A stretch of DNA of 64,000 nucleotides from Bacillota bacterium (lineage in GTDB: Bacteria; Bacillota; Clostridia; Lachnospirales; Lachnospiraceae), in the NCBI GenBank assembly GCA_023409835.1, contig JAEYQV010000132.1, positions 8,330 through 72,329 on the forward strand, read 5' to 3'. The notes under the pieces are model-generated. The model did no database searches. It had not been told where the DNA came from and worked only from the letters and a program-made list of their open reading frames with translations. Below are positions 1 through 11,193 of the stretch, piece after piece. Each line of letters opens with the position of its first letter. Within the stretch, counting starts at the first letter, position 1. Made by a program: the position numbers and the translations under genes.

Positions 1-1257
1 GCATTCTTCCTTACCCAGATGATAAAAACGCTCTATGATATCCGGTATATCATTCGAATCAATTGGCTGTCTCTTATCATCTAAGCTATATCCATCAGCT
101 TTCATATCATAGAACCAAACTTTATCAGTACCACCACTACCTGTCTTGGTGAATAGTAATATAGCAGTAGAAACTCCTGCATAAGGCTTAAATACTCCTG
201 ATGGCATGGAGATGACTGCATCTAATTTATTATTATCCACTAATTCTTTTCGTATCTCTTTATGGGTATTGCTACTACCAAAAAGCACTCCATCTGGAAC
301 AATAACTGCCGCTCTACCGCCTTTTTTCAGAATACGTAGAAACAACGCCAGGAAGAGCAACTCTGTCTTTTTAGTCTTTGTTACCTTCAGTAAGTCTGCT
401 GATACCGCATCATAATCAAGGCTGCCTTTGAAAGGTGGATTTGCTAATACCAATGTATACTTTTCTTTATCTGTATTTACTTCTGATAAACTGTATCGAT
501 ATTCAATATTTGGGTTATCAACTCCATGGAGCATCATATTCATGGCACCAATACGTAACATCGTTCTATCCATATCATTGCCATAGAACATGCCATTATT
601 AAAATGCTCTCTAAGACCTGCATTTAAAAATAAATCTGCATGATTATTTCTTAGATAATTCTGAGCTTCTACCAAGAAACCAGCCGAACCCATGGCAGGG
701 TCAACAATTACATCACTTGGAGTAGGCTTCATCAGTTCTACCATCAACTTAATAATATGCCTTGGCGTTCTGAATTGTCCATTCATACCTGCCGTTGAAA
801 CCTTTGAAAGCAAATACTCATAGAGGTCACCTTTCGTATCAGCATCACCTAAATCAAGGTTACTGATTCCATCAATAATCTTTGATAGCATCGCCGGTGT
901 GGGAATCTTGAAGATTGCATCCCCCATATATCTGGAGTATGCCGAATCACCATCTTGATGCAGATTCTTGATGAAAGGAAAGATCTCATTTGATACAATT
1001 TTATATATCTCTTCTGCCGAACCCAAGTTCATAAATTTGTGCCATCTATAATTTTGACAATCTGCAGGGAATATTCCCTCATATGATACTTTAAGAAAAT
1101 TTGCTTCCTCCTCCATGCGTCTTTCTATATCATCTAACTGCTTAATAAAGAGTAAATACGTAAACTGTTCAATAACATCTAAAGGATTAGTGATACCACC
1201 TGTCCAAAATGTCTCCCATATTCTGTCTATCTTACTTCTCATTTCACCTGTTATCAT
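1..1257 (-). CDS. hsdM: Type I restriction-modification methyltransferase subunit (partial; 3' end beyond window)
   Basis: Missing from the ORF track because it is open at the window edge. Manual translation from ATG 1257 (RBS AAGGAG) gives MITGEMRSKIDRIWETFWTGGITNPLDVIEQFTYLLF, then motif I VDPAMGSAGFL, motif IV LANPPF and VWFYDMKADGYSLDDKR. The DNA is visibly AT-rich. Confidence 0.93.
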   Translation of the reverse strand, partial: MITGEMRSKIDRIWETFWTGGITNPLDVIEQFTYLLFIKQLDDIERRMEEEANFLKVSYEGIFPADCQNYRWHKFMNLGSAEEIYKIVSNEIFPFIKNLHQDGDSAYSRYMGDAIFKIPTPAMLSKIIDGISNLDLGDADTKGDLYEYLLSKVSTAGMNGQFRTPRHIIKLMVELMKPTPSDVIVDPAMGSAGFLVEAQNYLRNNHADLFLNAGLREHFNNGMFYGNDMDRTMLRIGAMNMMLHGVDNPNIEYRYSLSEVNTDKEKYTLVLANPPFKGSLDYDAVSADLLKVTKTKKTELLFLALFLRILKKGGRAAVIVPDGVLFGSSNTHKEIRKELVDNNKLDAVISMPSGVFKPYAGVSTAILLFTKTGSGGTDKVWFYDMKADGYSLDDKRQPIDSNDIPDIIERFYHLGKEEC

Positions 1258-1470
1258 TTATGCTGTCTCCTTATATTATGTTATGTAAAATTATAGCAGA
1301 TTCAGTCCAAAAAAACTATATACATTAAGTTAATTTATTGCAGAAATTTATTCAAATTCATTAGTCAACTAAATCATGTAATTAATTCTATTTATAGTTA
1401 ATAATCAATAATTGTTGCATCTCACTATTCAACCTCTACTTTATGTAAAAATAATAAATATGGACAAACA

Positions 1471-1502
1471 GCAGTCCCATACTCTCATAAGTATGGGACT
1501 GC
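1471..1502 (-). terminator. Stem-loop after the histidine kinase gene
   Basis: Perfect 13-bp inverted repeat GCAGTCCCATACT-N6-AGTATGGGACTGC, ~30 bp after the kinase stop. Confidence 0.75.
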
Positions 1503-1530
1503 CTGTACAGTTTTGATATTATTCGAAGCA

Positions 1531-2925
1531 TTACATTGTCTCTTTCGGCAGAACCACCGTAAAGCTGCTGCCTTCCTGCAGCCTGCTTTCTGCCAGTACT
1601 CTTCCACCATGTGCTTCCACAATTGCTTTTACGATGGTTAAGCCGATACCGGATCCCCCGGTGGCACGGTTTCGGGATTTGTCCGCACGATAAAACCGCT
1701 CAAAGATATAAGGCATATCCTCCTCCGGAATCCCAATACCGTTATCCTTCACACTGATACTTACAGAGTTCTGCGTTTCAGACACTTCGATCCTTATGTA
1801 ACCCTCAGTTTCAGTATATTTAATGGCATTCGACAGCAGGTTTACCAATACCTGCTGTAACCGATCCCGGTCAGCCGTAACCTCTGTCTCACTCCCAAGG
1901 ACCTCGAGCTTAATTGCTTTTCTTGTCAGCTCACCCTCAAAGCCTGCAATTACCTTCCGGATCAATAAGTGAACGGATAGCTGTTCCTTATTCAGCTGTA
2001 GAGTATCACTTTCAATTCTTGCAAGGCTCTCCAGAGCATACACCAGTTTGCTGATCCGGACCGTTTCGTCATAGCAGCTCTGCATCCGTTCTGACGTCGG
2101 TTCCCAGAATCCCTCCAGCATGGCTTCTAAATGGGTCTGGAGTATTGTAATCGGAGTTCGAAGCTCGTGGGCCACATCCTCGGTCAGTTGCTTTCGCAGT
2201 CTCTCCAGATTCTCCAGAGATTGAGCCATCTGGTTGATAGAACCCACCAGCAGATTCAACTCCTTCGTATCTGCCTTCTCATTCAGCCGTACTCCATAAT
2301 TACCGTCCGATATCTCCTTGGTTATGTCCACAGTTTTAAGGATTGGCCGGCTGATCCGTTCGGCCAGCAGGTTCCCGATTATGATGGATAACAGCAGTGA
2401 AGCAAGTCCGACACTGATTAATACTTTATTTAAGGCAGCTAAAAACCGTAAATCATTCTCCGTCAGGAAGAATGGCCCGAAGTAGCTGATACTTACTGTC
2501 CCCACCTGTATTCCCGATTGAATCAGAGGATAGGCAGTAGCATGAAACTCCCCCTCGAGCTGAGGATATTGTATCCTCATACGCTCAGAGATATCCCCCA
2601 TGATTTGATTGCATAGGGCCATATCATGAGCTTGCGCATCCCAGAGAAGCCGGTTCTGATTATCATATACCTTCAGGATATATCCTTCATACAGGGAAAG
2701 CATACCGATATTATGGATATAGTCCATGTCCCACTCCCCTGTCACTGTAGAATACTGTTGACTTAAGGTAGCGGTAATGATCTGGGATCTCAGCTCCTGC
2801 TGCCTGGCAATATACTCAGTAAACTGTTTATTAATCAGATAATTGGAGAGAAGACTGATAATGGAAACTGTCAGAAGTACGATACTGATGATTGCGGCAG
2901 ACAGCTTTGTTTTAATCCTTCTCAT
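1531..2925 (-). CDS. Sensor histidine kinase (BaeS-like, 2 TM, HAMP-HisKA-HATPase)
   Basis: H-box DVAHELRTP, N-box NLLSNAIKY, DNGIGI, FERFYRADKSR, GSGIGL. ATGA overlap with the regulator gene. Confidence 0.93.
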   Translation of the reverse strand: MRRIKTKLSAAIISIVLLTVSIISLLSNYLINKQFTEYIARQQELRSQIITATLSQQYSTVTGEWDMDYIHNIGMLSLYEGYILKVYDNQNRLLWDAQAHDMALCNQIMGDISERMRIQYPQLEGEFHATAYPLIQSGIQVGTVSISYFGPFFLTENDLRFLAALNKVLISVGLASLLLSIIIGNLLAERISRPILKTVDITKEISDGNYGVRLNEKADTKELNLLVGSINQMAQSLENLERLRKQLTEDVAHELRTPITILQTHLEAMLEGFWEPTSERMQSCYDETVRISKLVYALESLARIESDTLQLNKEQLSVHLLIRKVIAGFEGELTRKAIKLEVLGSETEVTADRDRLQQVLVNLLSNAIKYTETEGYIRIEVSETQNSVSISVKDNGIGIPEEDMPYIFERFYRADKSRNRATGGSGIGLTIVKAIVEAHGGRVLAESRLQEGSSFTVVLPKETM

Positions 2926-3629
2926 TCCTCTCCACCCCCAAACCGATAACCGACTCCGCGGATTGTCTTTATATAAATCGGATTCCTTGGGTCGTCCTCC
3001 AGCTTAGCACGCAGGTTCTTAATATGGCTGTCAATTGTCCGATCGAAGCCCTCAAACTCTTCTCCCAGGGCCAAGGTGATCAGCTCATCCCGGGTAAACA
3101 CCTTATTCGGATTCTTAGCCATAGTGGTTACGATCTTATATTCATTGGGCGTCAGTTTAACCTCCTCTTCCCCTTTAAAAATATAACGATGCTCCAGATC
3201 CATCGTAAGCTCTCCGTTCCGAAAGATCATACGGCCGATTGACTGCTTCAGCTCATCACCGGTTCTTCTCCATACAGCCTCCATTCTGGCATATAAGGTC
3301 TTAAAGCTGAACGGCTTTGTAATATAGTCATCGGCTCCAATTCCCAGTCCCTTCAGCATACTCGCTTCCGAAGATTTGGCTGTCAGCATGATAATCGGAA
3401 CATCGGATGTACGACGCAAGGCTTGGCATACCTCTTCTCCCGACATTCCCGGGAGCATAAGATCGAGTATTACCATATCGAAGGTCTCATGGCGAAATAT
3501 CTCTAATGCTTTCAAACCATCTTCCACACAGTATACCGTAAAGCCCTTGCTTTCCAGAAAGGCTTTCACTACACTGCTGATCTTTACCTCATCCTCTACT
3601 ACAAGTATCTTTTTCTCTATCCCCTCCAT
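2922..3629 (-). CDS. OmpR/PhoB-family response regulator (BaeR-like)
   Basis: ILVVEDE, ILDLMLP, LTAK, GADDYITKPF and winged-helix DRTIDSHIKNLR...TIRGVGY. Start moved to MEGIEKK, which has a GGAGG RBS. Confidence 0.93.
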   Translation of the reverse strand: MEGIEKKILVVEDEVKISSVVKAFLESKGFTVYCVEDGLKALEIFRHETFDMVILDLMLPGMSGEEVCQALRRTSDVPIIMLTAKSSEASMLKGLGIGADDYITKPFSFKTLYARMEAVWRRTGDELKQSIGRMIFRNGELTMDLEHRYIFKGEEEVKLTPNEYKIVTTMAKNPNKVFTRDELITLALGEEFEGFDRTIDSHIKNLRAKLEDDPRNPIYIKTIRGVGYRFGGGEE

Positions 3630-3668
3630 AAAACCTCCCTGCGTTTTGGTGAAAAGGCTCCGGATGTT

Positions 3669-3707
3669 AAGCTGCCTCCGGTGGATTACTTCCACCGAAG
3701 GCAGCTT
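3669..3707. terminator. Stem-loop between copZ and the response regulator
   Basis: AAGCTGCCTCCGGTGGA...TCCACCGAAGGCAGCTT. The T-run is on the + side only, so read-through on - is plausible. Confidence 0.55.
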
Positions 3708-3716
3708 TTTGCTATA

Positions 3717-3747
3717 CGGTTGGCTGCCACAAGCAGACCATCCGTTT
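3717..3747 (-). repeat. Dispersed palindromic element, copy 1 (divergent)
   Basis: Reverse complement AAACGGATGGTCTGCTTGTGGCAGCCAACCG matches the copies at 23386, 42643 and 48410. Confidence 0.7.
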
Positions 3748-3952
3748 ATACTACATCATAGCCCTGATCTTCAATTGCTTCCTTGATTTTATTCAGAGAG
3801 ATCTTAGACGCATCATAATCTACGACTGCTGTCTTAGCGTCCAGGCTGACTGTAACCTTATCGACACCCGACAGGGTACCGACTGCTTTCTTTACTGCAT
3901 TTTCACAATGGGAACAGGACATTCCTTCTACCTTAAGTATCACATTTTCCAT
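3746..3952 (-). CDS. copZ: Copper chaperone CopZ (HMA domain)
   Basis: 68 aa, GMSCSHC motif, GGAGG RBS before MENVILK. Confidence 0.92.
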   Translation of the reverse strand: MENVILKVEGMSCSHCENAVKKAVGTLSGVDKVTVSLDAKTAVVDYDASKISLNKIKEAIEDQGYDVV

Positions 3953-4020
3953 TTTGATTTCCTCCAATCGATGTTATATTCTATAGTATTAATAAAAAAC
4001 AGCTGAGTTATTACCATTCT

Positions 4021-4695
4021 CTATGATTGCTTGCTATCTAAATCAAAGGACTTTATAAATTTATCAACTTCAATCTTCTTGCCCTTCTCATCCATCGTCT
4101 GAACCTTAGTAAAGACCCAGCCCTCGACCTTCTGAGGGTCAACGCCAGCCTCGATGAAGACCTGTGGATCCAAAGCATAAACGATGTCTTTATCATTCTT
4201 GCTCATATCCTTTGCCCATTCAAATACATTGCCGTTCCCCAAATCTATGCCGAAATGATCCATGGCAGTGTGATACTTCACAGAGTCGCGATAAAGCTTT
4301 ACCAGCTGCTCATAAGAGGTTAAGGGGGTAACCTCTCCCTCATATACCAGTACATCGCTGCCCAAATCCCTGCCTACGACGATCTTGTCACCGATCAACA
4401 TCTCCCCGGGCAGTAGATTCGTATCCAGTCCGGCATCAAGGAAGGGCTGTGCCTCGGTTACCAGCTGGATATCATAGGTTTGGGTTTTATTATAATCCAT
4501 ACTCCAAACAAAGCTTGTGGTGCCATCCGGCGCGATGAGTGCCCAACTGAAGGACACATCCTCCATAACCTCAGCAGCTTCCAGTACCTTTTCAAAGGAC
4601 TCAACAGAGGTATCGCCGATCACATCCAGCTTATTACAGGCGGAGAAGCTTACGATGGCTGCGATTGATAAAGAAGTTAATATTAATTTTTTCAT
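4021..4695 (-). CDS. Uncharacterised lipoprotein in the copper operon
   Basis: Signal peptide with lipobox FSA-C; YHTAMDHF His/Met patch; located between copA and copZ. Confidence 0.75.
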   Translation of the reverse strand: MKKLILTSLSIAAIVSFSACNKLDVIGDTSVESFEKVLEAAEVMEDVSFSWALIAPDGTTSFVWSMDYNKTQTYDIQLVTEAQPFLDAGLDTNLLPGEMLIGDKIVVGRDLGSDVLVYEGEVTPLTSYEQLVKLYRDSVKYHTAMDHFGIDLGNGNVFEWAKDMSKNDKDIVYALDPQVFIEAGVDPQKVEGWVFTKVQTMDEKGKKIEVDKFIKSFDLDSKQS

Positions 4696-4800
4696 ATAAT
4701 TCATTACCTTTCTTTCCTTGATCTCATGATCTTCTGATAAAGACCACCTGTTACTGATATGATAATAATCGTAATAAATCCTGATACAAATGAAATATGC

Positions 4801-7284
4801 TTAATGGTAGGGCTTAAATCTCTTTAGTCTTAACGCATTGGATACTACGGATACAGAACTGAAGGCCATGGCTGCAGCCGCAAACATCGGGTTAAGGAGG
4901 GGTCCTCCAAAGAGATAGAGAATACCTGCTGCAATCGGGATACCGGCCACATTATATCCGAAGGCCCAGAAAAGATTCTGTTTAATGTTACGAAGAGTGC
5001 TTTTACTGAGATGAATTGCCGTCGGTACGTCCATCAGATCACTTCGCATCAGTACGATATCTGCAGATTCCATGGCCACGTCGGTGCCGGATCCGATTGC
5101 AATTCCGATATCTGCCTGGACCAGTGCCGGTGCATCGTTGATACCATCACCCACCATGCATACCTTCCTGCCTTCTGCCTGGAGCTTCTTCACCTCATTG
5201 GACTTATCCTGGGGAAGCACTTCGGCAAGGACACGGTCGATTCCGACCTGCTTTGCGATTGCCTCGGCTGTCTTTCTATTATCACCGGTAATCATTGCTA
5301 CCTCGACCCCCATGGTCTGTAGCTTTTTAATTGCCCGGGCACTGCTTTCCTTCACCACATCTGCTACTGCGATGATACCGGAGATTTTGCCGTCCATCGC
5401 TACATACATCGGCGTTTTACCTTCTCCTGCCAGCTGATCAGATGTTACCTGAAGCTCCTCTAAAGAGATTCTTCTCTCATCCATCAGCTTCCTATTCCCG
5501 ATCAGAAGCTTCGCCTCAGCAATTGTAACCTCAATTCCCTGCCCCGGAATGGCTTCAAAGTGCTCTACCTTTAAGAACTCCAGCTTCTCCTTCTCCGCTC
5601 CTCTTACGATAGCCTCTCCAAGGGGATGCTCGGAGCCCTTCTCACCGGAAGCAGCCAGCTGAAGCAGACGCTGCTTTGAGATTTCCTCCACAGTAATGAT
5701 ATCGGTAACCTCCGGTTTTCCCTCAGTAATGGTCCCTGTCTTATCAAATACAATAGTATTAATCTTATGGGTGGTTTCCAATGCTTCACCGCCCTTAATC
5801 AGAATTCCGTTCTCTGCCCCCTTACCGGTTCCGACCATAATTGCAGTCGGAGTAGCAAGACCAAGGGCACAGGGACATGCGATAACCAGTACTGAGATAA
5901 AGATGGTAAGAGAGAACGCCAGGTCATGTCCTGTTAGGTACCAGGCCAGGAAGGCAATCATGGCGATGGAGATTACCACCGGGACAAAATACCCTGATAC
6001 GATATCTGCCATTTGCGCAATCGGAGCCTTGGTGCCCTGGGCATCCTCAACCAGCTTTATAATCTGCGCAAGCGCAGTGTCCTTTCCAACCTTTTGAGCT
6101 TTGAACCGGATCATACCATTCTTGTTGACACTTGCCGCATAGACCTTGTCTCCGGCTTTCTTATCCACCGGCATGCTCTCACCGGTCAACATTGCCTCGT
6201 CAATAGACGTATTTCCTTCTGTTACAATACCATCCACCGGAATCTTCTCGCCCGGCTTTACTAAAATGATATCTCCGATTTCAACCTCATCAATCGGAAC
6301 CTCAATCTCCGTAATGACTCCTGTTACCTTATCCTCCTGTAGTACAATCGCAGTCTTCGGTGCCAGTCCCATCAGCTTCTTAATCGCTTCTGAGGTTTTT
6401 CCCTTTGACACTGCTTCAAAGGATTTACCAAGAAGAATTAATGTAATGATAACACCGGCAGTCTCATAATACAGATGCTCTACCGCTCCGAAATCACCGT
6501 TTGCTATCCGGTAGGTATTATAGATGCTGAAGATAACCGCCGCCGAGGTTCCGGTGGCTACCAGAGAGTCCATATTGGGACTTCTCTGCAGCAGTGCTTT
6601 AAAACCGACAGTATAGAACCGATATCCTGCCAGAATAATCGGTATTGTTAAGGATACCTGTAGTAATGCAAATCTTAACGGATAAACCATGGGGTTTACC
6701 GCATGGGGTATTGGGAAAGGCCACCAGGATACCATCGGAGTCATTGCAAAGTACAGTAAAGGAATACCGAAGGCTGCCGATATAATAAATTTGACCCACA
6801 GGGTCTTGATTTCCTTCTGTTTTCTTAATTTATCCTCATCCACTGCATCCTTATTTTCAACTTCCAGTGGTTTATAGCCGAGCTTTTCAATGGCCTGCTT
6901 GATGCCGGAGAGTCTGATCACTTGAGGATCGTACTCCACCAGAGCTTTTTCTGTTGCAAGGTTGACGGAGGTATTATGGACCCCGTCAAGCCTTCCGAGG
7001 ACCTTCTCAATTCTCTGGGAGCAGGCAGCACAGGTCATACCGCCGATGGGAATGGTAACTGTGTTGGTCTTCGCTTCTTCTACGATGCCGTAACCGATTC
7101 TCTCAATCGCCTCTTTAATAACCGGAATAGAAGCTTTGCTGTCATCGAATTCAACCGATAATTTCTCCGTTGCCAGATTCACATTCGCGTCACCGACTCC
7201 ATCTATTTTACCTACAACCTTCTGGATACGCTGTGCACAGGCTGCACAGGTCATACCGCTGATCTTGATTGTCTCTCTATTCAT
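4801..7284 (-). CDS. copA: Copper-exporting P1B-1 ATPase
   Basis: Two GMTCAAC HMA domains, TGES, CPC, DKTGT, EHP, GDGIND, YN and MAFSS Cu(I) ligand motifs. Confidence 0.97.
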   Translation of the reverse strand: MNRETIKISGMTCAACAQRIQKVVGKIDGVGDANVNLATEKLSVEFDDSKASIPVIKEAIERIGYGIVEEAKTNTVTIPIGGMTCAACSQRIEKVLGRLDGVHNTSVNLATEKALVEYDPQVIRLSGIKQAIEKLGYKPLEVENKDAVDEDKLRKQKEIKTLWVKFIISAAFGIPLLYFAMTPMVSWWPFPIPHAVNPMVYPLRFALLQVSLTIPIILAGYRFYTVGFKALLQRSPNMDSLVATGTSAAVIFSIYNTYRIANGDFGAVEHLYYETAGVIITLILLGKSFEAVSKGKTSEAIKKLMGLAPKTAIVLQEDKVTGVITEIEVPIDEVEIGDIILVKPGEKIPVDGIVTEGNTSIDEAMLTGESMPVDKKAGDKVYAASVNKNGMIRFKAQKVGKDTALAQIIKLVEDAQGTKAPIAQMADIVSGYFVPVVISIAMIAFLAWYLTGHDLAFSLTIFISVLVIACPCALGLATPTAIMVGTGKGAENGILIKGGEALETTHKINTIVFDKTGTITEGKPEVTDIITVEEISKQRLLQLAASGEKGSEHPLGEAIVRGAEKEKLEFLKVEHFEAIPGQGIEVTIAEAKLLIGNRKLMDERRISLEELQVTSDQLAGEGKTPMYVAMDGKISGIIAVADVVKESSARAIKKLQTMGVEVAMITGDNRKTAEAIAKQVGIDRVLAEVLPQDKSNEVKKLQAEGRKVCMVGDGINDAPALVQADIGIAIGSGTDVAMESADIVLMRSDLMDVPTAIHLSKSTLRNIKQNLFWAFGYNVAGIPIAAGILYLFGGPLLNPMFAAAAMAFSSVSVVSNALRLKRFKPYH

Positions 7285-7354
7285 TCTGTTCCGTCCTTCC
7301 TGAATGATTACAATTATATGCTCTAACCTGTCTTATCGAAGCTAGGGCAGCTTC

Positions 7355-7849
7355 TTATTTCCTGTTTTGAAAGATAACTGCTGCTTGTGCTAAATAATCC
7401 TTGGAGATTATAATATTCTGATTGTCTACTGTCTTATATTCATCGGTTATCGGTACCGGATTACATCCACCTCTGGTTACCTCCACATCACTCATGCTAA
7501 AGCGGTTACCGCAATTCTGACAAACCAGCCGGTCTCCCTCCTGGACATAAAAGCCGCGTCCGGAGCCGTAACATACCTGACAGGTGTTAAATGCAGTGCG
7601 AATGGTTCCGTCCGGTGCCTTTACGGCAATTACCTCAAGCCTGGTTCCGTTCATAATCGCAGGATAGAAAGCTGCTTGCTCAGTGACGCTGGAAGTCGGA
7701 ATTACGATATCACTGTCTTTGACCTCCCTAACACCGCCGGAAATCGCATCCGACGGGCTCTGATTCCTCGTAAATATCAGAAGCAGTGCAACTGCAGCTA
7801 AAACTACAGCGGGAAATATTAGTTTTTTAAGGTTATTCTTCTTATTCAT
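7355..7849 (-). CDS. Membrane-anchored Cys-rich protein (DUF2318 / Fe-S-containing-like)
   Basis: N-terminal TM helix; CQVC...CQNC...GGCNP pattern. Confidence 0.75.
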   Translation of the reverse strand: MNKKNNLKKLIFPAVVLAAVALLLIFTRNQSPSDAISGGVREVKDSDIVIPTSSVTEQAAFYPAIMNGTRLEVIAVKAPDGTIRTAFNTCQVCYGSGRGFYVQEGDRLVCQNCGNRFSMSDVEVTRGGCNPVPITDEYKTVDNQNIIISKDYLAQAAVIFQNRK

Positions 7850-7882
7850 ATTATTGTCTCCTTACTTATTCTTTACACCTCT

Positions 7883-7899
7883 ATACCCCCGTGGGGTAT
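7883..7899. promoter_or_regulatory. CsoR-type operator
   Basis: Palindrome ATACCCC-CGT-GGGGTAT with C/G tracts as in CsoR operators, directly downstream of a promoter driving the copA unit. Confidence 0.85.
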
Positions 7900-7914
7900 T
7901 CCGCTGATGTAATC

Positions 7915-7943
7915 ATCATAGTTTATAATGATTCATTTGTCAA
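7915..7943 (-). promoter_or_regulatory. sigma-A promoter for DUF2318-copA-lipoprotein-copZ
   Basis: TTGACA(7943-7938)-N17-TATGAT(7920-7915). Confidence 0.85.
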
Positions 7944-7989
7944 GTCACATTTCATATTACGGCTTATTGTGGGCAACAGCCTCCACCGC

Positions 7990-9363
7990 TTACCGGCTGA
8001 GATTATCCACAACAGTGATCTGGCTTCGAATCATTCCCATCCAGCAGCTGTAGGGAACGGTTCCGCTCTCGTCCGGAGTAAATTCAATCACATTATCTCC
8101 CGGCACAAAGTCATGGGTAATTCCATACTTACGAATTACCATACTGTTATTACAGCCATTGATGTTTTTTGCATCTGCTTTTATCGTCCACTTAACCGGA
8201 ATCCCCTTCTGTACGACAATTGCCTGATACCTTCCGGAGGCCAGAGTTGTGGTAACTGTCTGAACTCCATCCTTGATTTCGGCAATATTACCGCTATTGC
8301 CTTCTGCTGTGTTTGCTATCTCAGTCCTTTCTACTGTTTGAGGGATGTTAAGACCGGATAAGCTGATCCCATTTTGAAACATGAAAATACCAAGTACCAA
8401 TACCAGCACGGCACCGGCAGTCATCATTCTATGGGTAAATCTCTTACTTATAAAGGAGCTGATTGCTCCAAGGGTGAGCATCAGCGGAACAGTACCGATA
8501 CTGAACAGGAACATCGATAAGGCTCCCTTCATCGGGCTTCCGGTGGATAGTGCATAGAGTTGCATTGCCTGCAGGGGTCCGCAGGGCATAAGTCCGTTTA
8601 ACAATCCTACATACAGGGGGCTGTTGCTTCTCTTCTGTGCATAAATTTTCTTTGCAAATACCTTGGGCATTCTTAAGTTAAATCTTCTTAACCAGGGGAA
8701 GATATTCAATAGGTTAAGTCCCATGATCACCATGAAGATACCGGCAATTATCTGAATTACTCCCTGAAAGCTGCCGGATAAACTGATTACAGAGCCGAGG
8801 GCACCTACAATACCACCAATCAAGGTATAAGAGATTACACGTCCAAGGTTATACAGCGCACTGGGTCTGAGAGCTGCAAGCTTACTATCACCTAACTCGC
8901 CATCCTTATTCGGAATACACTGGGAAAGACAGATACCTCCGCACATAGCTACGCAGTGGACCGAAGTAAGTATGCCGATCAACAGCAGCATACCATAGCT
9001 CATCCCCTCCTTTGCGACAGGGAATTCATTAAATAGTCCGAATAGTCCCAGGCGGCTTCCGGCTAAATATATCGCATAGATAATTAAGGCGATACCCAGG
9101 ATATTAATGATATCTGTTTTGCTTTTATCCGGCTCCGGTGTTACTCCTTTAATCCTGTAATTAAGCTTTTTAATGATCCCTTCAATCTGCTCCGGCGATA
9201 TCACCTCGGGATCAAAGCTTACCACTGCTTTCCCGCTCGCATAGCTTACCTGTGCTCTTTCGATCCCCGGGGTCTCTGATAGCTTGCGTCCGATTCGATT
9301 CTCGCAGCTGGCGCAGGTCATCCCCTCAATCAGGATCGTTTTTCTCCGTATTCCAGACGACAT
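7990..9363 (-). CDS. Heavy-metal protein: HMA + DsbD_2/TauE-SafE-like membrane domain + C-terminal cupredoxin-like domain
   Basis: N-terminal GMTCASC; TM region with SVHCVAMCGG and GLMPCG; C-terminal GCNN...YSCWMGM. Confidence 0.85.
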   Translation of the reverse strand: MSSGIRRKTILIEGMTCASCENRIGRKLSETPGIERAQVSYASGKAVVSFDPEVISPEQIEGIIKKLNYRIKGVTPEPDKSKTDIINILGIALIIYAIYLAGSRLGLFGLFNEFPVAKEGMSYGMLLLIGILTSVHCVAMCGGICLSQCIPNKDGELGDSKLAALRPSALYNLGRVISYTLIGGIVGALGSVISLSGSFQGVIQIIAGIFMVIMGLNLLNIFPWLRRFNLRMPKVFAKKIYAQKRSNSPLYVGLLNGLMPCGPLQAMQLYALSTGSPMKGALSMFLFSIGTVPLMLTLGAISSFISKRFTHRMMTAGAVLVLVLGIFMFQNGISLSGLNIPQTVERTEIANTAEGNSGNIAEIKDGVQTVTTTLASGRYQAIVVQKGIPVKWTIKADAKNINGCNNSMVIRKYGITHDFVPGDNVIEFTPDESGTVPYSCWMGMIRSQITVVDNLSR

Positions 9364-9395
9364 AGGGTCCCTCCTCTAGTCATTTATTCTTTAAA

Positions 9396-9429
9396 AGCTT
9401 ATCATGCTATTGTGAAGAGAATATGGAGA
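9396..9429 (-). promoter_or_regulatory. Putative response-regulator-activated promoter (11-bp-period direct repeat plus extended -10)
   Basis: Minus strand TCTCCATA-N3-TCTTCACA (9429-9411) covers the -35 position; TGaTAAGCT extended -10 at 9404-9396. Confidence 0.55.
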
Positions 9430-9504
9430 AGGAAACACAAAAAGCTGCCCGGAAAACTTGTTCCGGACAGCCGTAGGATGATAAATTTTATGTTTCGGTA
9501 GCTC

Positions 9505-10842
<1,338 letters not shown>

Positions 10843-11193
10843 TTAATCTCCTTTGATTAAAATTAGTGACAAAAAAAAAGGTGCACAAAAAAAAACAAAT
10901 GCGCCTTTGAATTTGCTTTCTCCATTATATCTGGGTTTTCCTTTTTATGCAACAGTTTTTTTAATAATCATACATATTCATAGAATAAATAGTCATCCTA
11001 AGTCCCACAGCGAAAGAACCCCATTTTCTTCCTCTCCACTAGCTTACCGGAACAGGATTTGTAAAAGAGGTATTCTTTTCAAAAAGGATATGCTATAATT
11101 CGAATGAAATTATTAATCGGATTGTTGTAACATACTAAGACCAATCGATCACATTACTATAAAAGCCTGCCCTAGGGCAGTATGGAGGATATC

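Noticed and set aside
206..415. 69-aa + strand ORF
   Set aside because: Antisense shadow of hsdM.
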